Shown here: in pieces, positions 12,137 to 21,400 of the stretch
Position numbering within the stretch: position 1 is the stretch's first letter
Layout of the letters: each line of letters begins with the position of its first letter
Source of the DNA: Blasia pusilla
Taxonomy: Eukaryota
Reading direction: 5' to 3'
Assembly: GCA_050084515.1 (NCBI GenBank)
Contig: CM114271.1
Location: forward strand, 20,956,001 to 21,020,000
DNA length: 64,000 bases
The notes under the pieces: model-generated
Told to the model about the DNA's origin: nothing
Databases searched by the model: none
What the model saw: only the letters and a program-made list of their open reading frames with translations
Position numbers and translations under genes: made by a program

Positions 12137-12613
12137 AAAAATAAAGAGTAGTAAAAACGGCACACCCGGCCTAAAACTCCACTCCTCAATCTACATCGGC
12201 ATATCGAGCCTCGTCCACCTTGTGCTATCAAGGAATCCGGACGCTAGCACCCTAGTCCTAGCTCACACACATACAAGGGAGGTGCTCCAACGGCCCAACA
12301 TGAGAAAGATGGCTTAGGAAAGCCATCTTCCTCTCTTATATAGGTTGGGAAGAGCCAAAAGGCTCAAACCCTAGAAATAGCCCTTCCTTGGTAACTGCGC
12401 AAGACAGGTTACCAAAGGCAGTGACCTGGTCAACAAGTCACCCGGCTGTAAAAGACCTCAACATGAAAGTCGTCAGAAACAACGTTCCTGATGCAATGGA
12501 CCTATCCTTAACCTCATCCGACACTGTGGGACAAAGTTACACTCAAGATAGTCCGTTGGCTCCTACGCCCTATCCACGATAGATCTCAGCCTATCGGTTA
12601 CTCAGATGTGACA
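12137..12613 (-). repeat. Terminal repeat B, 5' end of inner element (477 bp; contains TATA and predicted TSS)
   Basis: Near-identical to 3447-3925 (roughly 15-20 differences counted by eye) and similar to 13849-14327. Starts TGTCAC on the minus strand. Confidence 0.93.
12310..12342 (-). promoter_or_regulatory. LTR promoter: TATATAA box and predicted transcription start (C|A)
   Basis: Minus-strand TATATAA at 12342-12336, with a YR initiator 32 nt downstream (12310). Conserved in all three B copies. Confidence 0.65.
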
Positions 12614-13848
12614 CCTGGAAGTTGCACCATGTGTCAAACTCCTGGATAAAATCATCTAAGTTGATGGTGCCCACTGCACCCGAGAAACGACGCATGCCTT
12701 GATGGCCCATGTCGTCCATCTCTTGCCAAGTACTACTGTCTCTGTCTGCGATCTCGTCACCAGACCCAATGTCTAGTGATGACGATCTAGCCACGGATGG
12801 ATGTCGAGGTAGCTCCTCACTGGTAACCCCTCGGTATCTCACTCCACTCCGTGTCACACCACTACCACTACTAGCACTACCCCGCTCTTCCGAACCCTGG
12901 AAGAACGCCGTGATGACAAACCCTGTCTCACCCGCTCAAGCACTCAGACTCACGAAGAGTCTCCCACACTCCTCACTAGCTCACCTATGCTAATGTCAAT
13001 CCCGTGATGACACATCCGGCCTCACGCATACTCAACACTCGGGCTCACCACGAGCCTCCCAACTGACTCACCTAACCTAGCGACACTCTCAGTTCATACA
13101 TGCGACCCCTACGCGGCAACCGCCGTATATCCACCAACATGCTACATATGAACAGAATCTACACTCGTCACCATCGCTGCACCCACCTAGCACCAGCTAC
13201 TACCCGATACCCAACACTCTCAATCACACATGACAAGTGTGGGAAAAGGGACTCGAATGGGTAACCTGATCACAGCCTCCAACCTGCTGCTCCGTCAACA
13301 TGCATTCCCCCATGGGACACGGCAACCTCTACAACACAACACTCTCCTAGACCAACACGTCGATCCTCCCGTCAACAGATGCGGACAACCCGTCGGCATC
13401 ATACGCACTGACCCTCCATCTAAACTCTAAAAAACTTAGTACAAGCCCGCTCAACCACGTAGCGCTCATAACCATGTAAGTAGTTCCACCCGGATAGCCT
13501 GGTCACCACATCCTGAACCCTACCACATTGCCATCCAACCACGTTGATGGGGGGGGCGGCGGCGCACCGTCGCCGTCCGCCCATGCGACCTAAACGCCTG
13601 CTCTTTCTTGACAATCTCGCTGATAAACTCGCTGCCCCACTCTGTACTACACTGTGCCACTGTCCTCAATCCCTGTGCACCACCAAATTCTGAGAAAAAT
13701 GGACAGCGCTTCCGCCCACGGCCTTCTGACCAGAAAAATGAAAAACACCCACAACACACGCGTCTCCAAGGGCTCCCGACCAAGGCAACTTGCTTGCCTA
13801 CTTGCAAACAACGAATTCCCACCAGCCCCCTTGGCATCTTTCTCATGT

Positions 13849-14327
13849 AAAAATAAATAGTAGTAAAAATGGCACACCCGCCCTAAAACTCCACTCCTCA
13901 ATCTACATCGGCATATCGAGCTTCGTCCACCCTGTGCTATCAAGGAATCCGGACGCTAGCACCCTAGTCCTATCTCACACACATACAAGAGAGGTGCTCC
14001 AATGGCCCAACTTGAGAAAGATGGCTTAGGAAAGCCACCTTACTCTCTTATATAGGGTTGAGAAGAGCCAAAAGGCTCTTCCCTAAAAATAGCCCTCCCT
14101 TTGGTAACCTGCGCGCATAGGTTATCAGGGGCGGGTGATCTGGTCAACAAGTCACCCGGCTGTGAAAGACCTCAACATGAGAGTTGTGAGAAACGACGTT
14201 CGTGACACAATGGACCTATCCTCAACCTCATCCGACACCGTGGGACAAAGTTACACTCAAGATAGTCCGCTCGCTCCTACGCCCTATCCACGATAGATCT
14301 CGGCCTATCGGCTACTCAGATGTGACA
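13849..14327 (-). repeat. Terminal repeat B, 5' end of outer element (479 bp)
   Basis: Diverged direct repeat of 12137-12613 with the same boundaries. It is followed by the same PBS-like site (13836-13848) and likewise has no A segment. Confidence 0.9.
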
Positions 14328-14332
14328 GGCTT

Positions 14333-14927
14333 TGTGAGTAGTAGAGGATAGGCTGAGTAGGTCGAGGATGACCCGTTGAGGCCCCTGGAAACCTGAGAGA
14401 GCAGGTTTCCCCTTCGTTTCGGCTCATTTGGAGCCATATTGAAGAACTTAATATTCTAGGTAATTACCATTTTGAGTATATGATCGACTTTCTATTTTTG
14501 GTTAGTGGCCCTTGACCTCCTACATCAGGTCAAGAGTCAAGGAGGTGACTTGGGAGAATAGGTTACCATGGTGAGAGCTTGAGAGAGGGGAGGGGTATAC
14601 CTCAAGGAGAGAGAGCTTGAAAGCTCATTGTCTCTTTGTTGAACCTCTTGGCATGAGGCGACGGAGCTATGGTTCCTTGCCTTGTGAGTGTAACCCAAGC
14701 CTCTCATTAGGAGAGTGGGTTTGGTTTGACATGAGAGAGAGTGCACAACTTTGAGAGCTATGGTGTGAGATGGTGTAGAGAGAGATTGGATCTTACTTTA
14801 TTGGAGATATTTTGGTACTTCTTGCGTCTGTGTATGCATGCCATGAGTTAGCATGGGATACTGTGTGTTTGTGTGTGTGTTCGATGACAGCGATGTATAT
14901 TGTGTAGCGATGTTTATGCGCACGACA
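14333..14927 (+). mobile_element. Solo-LTR-like remnant of a related retroelement family
   Basis: Starts TG and shares gataggctgag with the start of B. Its last ~43 bp (tgacagcgatgtatattgtgtagcgatgtttatgcgcacgaca) match the end of repeat A, ending in CA. No TSD found, so the left boundary is uncertain. Confidence 0.6.
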
Positions 14928-15182
14928 AGTGGTTTCGATCCCCCATAATTCGAAAAATTACCAAACCATAAGATCAAATATCTCTTAATATTCTTCTAGT
15001 TCCTACATACTAGAATTCAATGGTTGATGGATTAATTTTGGAAATTTTACGTCTCGGGACACTACAATAACTATAAATCCATATGATTTTTGTTCAATCC
15101 TAGATTCCTTCAATAATTCATCAAAATGCAAGAAGATACACTTTATGGACTTGTGTTTGAGGTTCTTCCTTAGATAATAAAG

Positions 15183-15186
<4 letters not shown>

Positions 15187-15218
<32 letters not shown>

Positions 15219-15231
15219 TATAGATATATAT
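15187..15231. repeat. (TA)n microsatellite
   Basis: Visible TA run with a few GA interruptions. Confidence 0.9.
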
Positions 15232-16012
15232 AATATTCTTCTATTAACGAAAAGTGCCTCTGTACCATGATGAACTCATTGAATGACACATGCCATAGGC
15301 TTCAAAATAAATCACTTCTCTTGGATTTATGTTATAATGTACTAGCTCAAGTCTTTTGAATTTATAAAGTTTTAGTTTGAAATATTTATATTTTATGAAA
15401 AAATTTCCAAGAATCAAGAAATACTCCTAAATCTCCCTCATATTCATTACTATACTCATATTAAAATTAAAGATTCATTTTTTAAAGTTTAAAAGTAAAA
15501 TTTAAATTTTATAAGGAGGAATAAGTGTTTGTATTCAAAATTAAAAAAAAAAAAGGATCCAATATTCAAGAAATTTTCTTAAGCATACTTTGTATTCATT
15601 ACCTTTTTTGCATTTAAAATATTTTTTTATGATCAAGTAGCAAAAATAATTAAAAATTCCTTTCAAGTTTAGTTTGGGGGAAAAATTAAGTAGTACTTTA
15701 GGGAAAATAATAATTATAGGATGGTGAGACAAGAATTATTGTTTAAGATGAGAAAGTGATTTCCTTCCTAAATTAGTTTAATTTTCCAGCTTGGTTGGGA
15801 GAATAATTTGAATTAAATTTTTGACAAAAAATTGATTTAAAAATTTCTGATGAATTGAGGGATGGGGAGTGTAAAAGGAAATGATAGAGTTTTTTCCCCA
15901 ACTTACAAGGAAAAGTAAAGGTAGATATTCATTAATATTAAAGCAGGAATATTTTTTTCCTAGTTTTTTGATTAAAGAATTTTTGCGGATACAATATGCA
16001 GACATGTACTAA

Positions 16013-16245
16013 TCTATACTAGCATAATGCCCGTACTATGGATGGGTGAAAATCATCCGCGACGAAAGACATCTCATTAATTTAGCTCTTTTGTTAGGTT
16101 AGTTTAACTCTTTTGTTACAAGTGTCATCACCGAAGGAAGGCAAAAATACACGTGTCAACAACGGAGGAAGGGATCCTTAAATAGATAATTAAAATAGGA
16201 TGGGGTTAGAGAAAAGCCTCCTCCGATGTTGACATATGTCCTTTC
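16013..16245. mobile_element. Degenerate Helitron fragments
   Basis: CTAG plus a decayed hairpin at 16019-16046. 16188-16242 resembles the reverse complement of 59796-59850. Confidence 0.45.
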
Positions 16246-16257
16246 AAATCTATATTA

Positions 16258-16584
16258 CTAGTATGTTGCCCGTGCGATGCACGGATGACCAAGTTTCTTA
16301 TAAGACAACCCACTCCTCACTGTGTGTATAAATTCCCCACTTCACTCTTCCCACATATAAATTCTCCACTACTCTCACTCCTTGTTAACTATCCACTACT
16401 CCCACTACTAAATAAAACAGTCACTATTAACACCTACACTATCCCCTTCCCAAAAAATACGTGACCATGGACATAATATTCCCTCCCAAATAAATTTCCA
16501 CCAAAATAAGACAATGTTGCTATTTTGTCTTTTTCTTGGACTATTGTCTTATTATGCATGTGGTGTTGTCCATAATAGTATAGA
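16258..16584 (-). mobile_element. Small non-autonomous Helitron (~327 bp)
   Basis: Minus strand reads A|TCTATACTATTA ... CCGTGCatcGCACGG (hairpin) GCAACATA CTAG|T: 5' TC, 3' hairpin + CTAG, AT target, no TSD. Confidence 0.72.
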
Positions 16585-18451
16585 TTACAGCCCCTACATA
16601 CGGTCGCTATTTTCTTTTCTCACTATCTAACCTATCCACGTGTCCTTCACATTAATGTAATAACTAACTCTCAAATTCCCCTCTCTCAATGTTGCAGATG
16701 GGTTACGGGAGAGTGCCTTCTTGATTTGCAAACACTTTTCAGTTTGACATGTGGCAACTGGGCAATAAAAAAGTGTTTCACATGCTACGGGAAGCAAAAA
16801 TGTTGGAATTTGTATGCATCATCATTAATCCCTTCCCTTTACAGATTATACACTATCGAAAACTCTTCAAATACTTTTTTATTTCCTGTTCATCACACAG
16901 GCACCCTACTAATCTCTTGTGCTATCGACACATGTCAAATTCAAAAAATAACTAAATTAACTAGACCAAATATGTAACAAATTCCAAAAAAAGCTTCACT
17001 CACCCTATAACGATATTTTCTAACCCCTCTATCTAGCTGTCCTTTCATTTTCTAACACCTCTCTCTCTCTCTAGCACCCTCTTCATTAATAAGATCACTA
17101 GACCTCCCAACCAATAAGATCATCAGAAATTAGAATATACCATATTACCAATCAACTAAAATTTTTGAAAATTAATGGAAGTCACACTATCATTATACTT
17201 CTTTAAATTACCAAGAAGTGAAGTGAGACTAAAGTGATCTTCTAGTGCTTTAATGGCAGATCCATTCTGCAATCATTAGCCCTTTTGAATTTGATATTCA
17301 AAAGAAGCGAATTCGGATCACACGGCTGAAATTCATGCACCGAAGTGTACTCCCACACAAGTGAGTAGCCCTATCCACTCCCTTTGCTTCGCTGTTATGG
17401 AGAGAACGGGAGCGTGTCTATTGTCTTCTCTTCCTTCAGCGATGTCGACGTATTGTCTAGAGGTATTCGTCAGAGCGCGAATACGTTGTTTCCACACGTA
17501 GCAGCACGTTCCATCGAATTTCGGTGTTTGAGCAGCGCGAGGTTGAGGTTGGGCCCTAACGATTCCAATTTTCGGTCGATTTCTCCTGCCACGTAGTTCA
17601 CGAGTTTCTGACAATTCTCTTCTTCCTGATGATATCACTACTCAGCAAGATTGGGCGTGGAACTCTCTGGGTACGTAATTTCACTCAGGTTTCTCCTTTC
17701 GTGTCCTAGTCTTGAACGTAAATTTCTCGAATTCATGCCCTTTGAGAAATATGAGGTCTGCCAATGCGGTGCACGTTGGCAGATTCGAACTTCAATTGAG
17801 TGAATCGGATGAAATCTTCACACAATTTGACTATGAGCCTCAATCAGGTCTCTTTTAGAAAACGATGACGGTTTTCTAAATTTGATTTCCTGCAGCGGTA
17901 GTCGATTGCTGCGTTTGGGCTGAACGCAAGGCTGCGCCAGACTTGCCACTCCACTCACTCCTTTCCCTCGCGGATTCCAAAGATGCCATTCTAGCTGCAG
18001 AGGCGCTCTTACGTCTGTGCATAAGCTAGCTCTCATAGCATCTTAGAAAAACAACGATCACAATCGCAGAGACAATATGAGAATCGAGAGAGACAAATTC
18101 AGGATATGAATTGAGTGAATGTGCTGGCACGATCATTCCTCGTAGGTTGTAAGCTCTGTACACTTCTAATAGTTTATAGATTTGGAATGATAGCGGATAT
18201 GCCGTCCACGCCCTCATGAAACTTACTGCTGTTGTCGTCACTAGTCCTAAAATGCGGTGATAGGTTTCTTGCAGCGAGGAGCTGGAAATTGGATCAATGT
18301 GAAGGGTCAGAGTTGCAAACAAACATCTCACTTCCTACATTACCGCCGAAAAGGCAGGGAACACAACCAAATTTATTCTATCTCCACATTTGGAGCCACC
18401 AATCAGATATCTCAAGGGAGGGCTGTAGAAGGCCGAGCAGCTAAGGGTACC

Positions 18452-21400
18452 ATGGCAGATACTGCACAGCCCTTGGCTGGTCCGGATACAAGCTTTTACC
18501 TTTCACAAGCAGCTGCTGTAGCCATCGATGAGGAGCTCATGGGACCTTTGGGATTCAGCATTGATCAACTAATGGTACCCTCTCTCGCTTTCTGTTATTT
18601 TCTACTCTGTGTTGTATGAGTTCACTTACGAAACTTCATCCGAAAAATCTGGTTCGGCAAAGATCTATTGTTACTTAAATCTTTGTAGGTGAACCTTAGC
18701 AGCTGTTCCAGGATATGGTAAGTAGAGAGCATGATGGTTGAAGTGCCATCAAATTGTGGAAAGAAAGTTTCGATGTCTCTCCCTTCCAACTGCTCGTCCG
18801 TTGGTATAGTGGCTATTAATGCACTGGTTGAATATGTTGCAGGAACTGGCTGGACTGAGTGTTGCGTCAGCGATTGCAGAGGTAGCCAACTTGTCCACGA
18901 AGAGCAATTTTGTAGCAATCATCCAATGCCTGGCATTCCTTTTCTTCACTTGAGGTGATATTAATTGTACACATATTCTCCGTGTATTAAGCTAAGCTTC
19001 AAACGTGTCACCTTTCCCATGGCCTCCTTCTGAGGAAAAGCATTATGAGGCACAAGGAGTTTTGTGTTCTCTGGAAGGCAAGTGTGATTCCTTAATTTCA
19101 ATTGATTAGCCAACTGTTAGCCCAATGCAATGCAATGTATTTGATACAGCTCACAAATAGATGGTAAATGCAGGTGTATGGAGTTCAAGGACATTCTCGT
19201 GTTCTTGTCATATGTGGACCGGGAAATAATGGTGGTGATGGCCTAGTTGCCGCTCGTCATCTCCATCACTTTGGTTACAAGCTTTCAGTTTGCTATCCCA
19301 AGCGCACGGACAAGCCATTGTACCATGGGCTAGTAACCCAGGTTTGTTTCTCTGACATCCTTGTTGACAAACTAGTACATTACACTAGGCATCTAGGTCT
19401 TTTTGAAATTATGCTATTGTGTGACCAGGGTAATTCTGCTCAATTTTTTTTTGGATTTGATGTCCACTTAAAGTTGAATGGACTTTATTTACTTCTTTCC
19501 AATTCACAGCCTGAGCAGTGTATTGTTTGTCGATCTGCTTACAGTTGGAGAGTCTCTCTGTGCCATTTTTGTCAGTGGCGGACTTGCCTTCCCGAATTGC
19601 TGATGACTTTGATGTGGTGGTGGATGCTATGTTTGGGTTCTCATTCAAAGGTAAAGCCTCTTTGGACCATACTTGACCTGTGAAATACCCCAAGTTTGAT
19701 TCTCGAGTCCATCTTTGGCTCACAATTAGAATCTCTTGTTGTGCCGTGGAATGTTATAGACCTAAGTAAACACATTTGTTAATTTTACATGGAGGAGATT
19801 CATATCATCAGTTTCTGCAGGGAAACCTCGTGTTCCATTTGATACGCTTCTGCAGCAACTTGCAGTGCCGAGTGGTTCTACTGCGGAAGATATTGGATTA
19901 CCTATTGTGGTGTCTATAGACATTCCGTCTGGTTGGCATGTTGAAGAGGGTGATGTAGAGGGGACAGGATTTGCGCCTGATATGCTGGTATATGTCCGTT
20001 CACTTCTTTGCCCCTGATTTGTAACCAGCTTCTGCTGATCCTCATGTTTTCGCTTGCTTCTTATGAGGATCCAAGGTCTAAACATGGGTTATTTCAACTT
20101 TTCAGGTTTGCAATGCTGTAGTTGTCATTTGCCCCCTTATTCTGTCTTGTAAACGAGTATTGTCAAATTGGGAATTCTTATAATGGTAAAAGCAATGCGG
20201 CTTGTTATTTGGGTGTTTTGGTGTCAGGTTTGGGTTCTGAAGGGAGGAGACATACCTCTGACTTGCCAAATGTAGACTTGAATTGACATGGTATCTTATC
20301 ATTTAGTTTGAAGTTTGTAACTGTTATTGGCTTGGTGTTGGTATTTCTGAAAAACCTGTGCTGCTTGCACTCAAATTTTGCTTCCATCTGTCTTGTTGTA
20401 GGTATCACTTACTGCACCTAAGTTGGGTGTAAAAAAGTTCAAGGGAGTCCATCACTTTCTTGGGGGCAGATTCGTTCCCCCAGCTGTGCTTCAAAAGTAT
20501 GGGTTACGGCTACCAGCATATCCTGGTTCGTCAATGTGTGTACGAATTGGAAAACTTCCAGCTATAGATGTGGCAGCACTTCGTGAAAACTATGTGGGTT
20601 ATGAGCTGTCAGAGCAACAAGCAAACCCTGACCCTATAAAGCAGGTGCTTGGGCTCATGCCTCCTATTACTGCTCAATTGCCTGCTGGGATTAAATTTGC
20701 AAGGAATGAGATTGATTCCTGGATTTCATCTTGTAGTGGGAGGAAAGGCTGTTTAGGGTTTCTAGGCTTGGATTCTTCAAGAAAGAGATTTCTTTTAGTG
20801 AGGATCTTGGGATTTTCTTAGTGTTCATCTGAGAGCCTCTCTAAAGTTTTTATGTATTGGGGTATCTTCCTTGAACATAAGTTTCCCCTCCAAGAACACC
20901 ACCCACCAGGCGACCAGTATCAGTAGCAGGCATTGAACTCATGACAAGCACTGAGCTCTTTGTGCAATCATATCTTTTTTGGACCAGGGTGACAATATGA
21001 TGGGTTCACAGTAGTTTGGGTTGGGTCGTGTTGAAGGTTCACCATTATTCCAAGCTCACACCATGAGATGAATTATGCAGTTTAAAGAGTGGTTTGGAGA
21101 CGCGGTATCAGCTGGAGTCCATGAACCAAATGCCATGTGCCTAGCAACAGCAGATGACCATGGCAGACCGTAAGTGTCCCTCCTTCATGGTTTACATCAC
21201 AAGGTGATGTTTATAATTAAATTGTGCATTCTGACTTCTTTTGATGTTTTGTTCACCACTGACATATCTTCACTTAAAAGCCAGTTTCTCAATCTAAAAG
21301 CAGATCCCCTCATCATATCAATGCTTACAAGCATATTGGAGGAAATCCCATGCACGTCTTCAGCCAGGACCACGGCGTATTAAAGAATTTAATGCATCCA

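Larger units (their letters stand above)
3309..12613 (-). mobile_element. Full-length Ty3/Gypsy-type retrotransposon (inner copy) carrying a DNA methyltransferase and a PHD finger, with split direct-repeat termini
   Basis: Minus-strand ends are TGTCAC (12613) and GCACGACA (3309). They are flanked by a near-perfect 4-bp TSD: cttg 3305-3308 and cctg 12614-12617. Internal frameshifted gag-PR-DNMT-RT-RH-INT-PHD motifs are present, with a PPT-like tract at 4066-4075 and a PBS-like site at 12124-12136. Confidence 0.93.
1..14327 (-). mobile_element. Outer copy of the same retrotransposon family, interrupted in gag by the inner copy and running off the left window edge inside the DNMT domain
   Basis: 1-3308 is colinear with ~7688-11007, and 12614-14327 is colinear with ~11005-12613 (5' UTR partly diverged). 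Removing 3309-12613 plus one TSD rejoins gag in frame (FDTWCNFQ-EISTPIRFNPFMAW). Confidence 0.9.

Noticed and set aside
3309-12613. DIRS/Ngaro/PAT tyrosine-recombinase element (suggested by the split repeats and a methyltransferase)
   Set aside because: No tyrosine recombinase motifs seen. The element has a protease, an HHCC+DDE integrase, a PPT and a TSD, and the methyltransferase is C5-type rather than the DAM-like domain of DIRS.
292-13860. Numerous plus-strand ORFs across the retroelements
   Set aside because: They are antisense shadows of GC-rich gag-pol or LTR sequence with no recognisable motifs.
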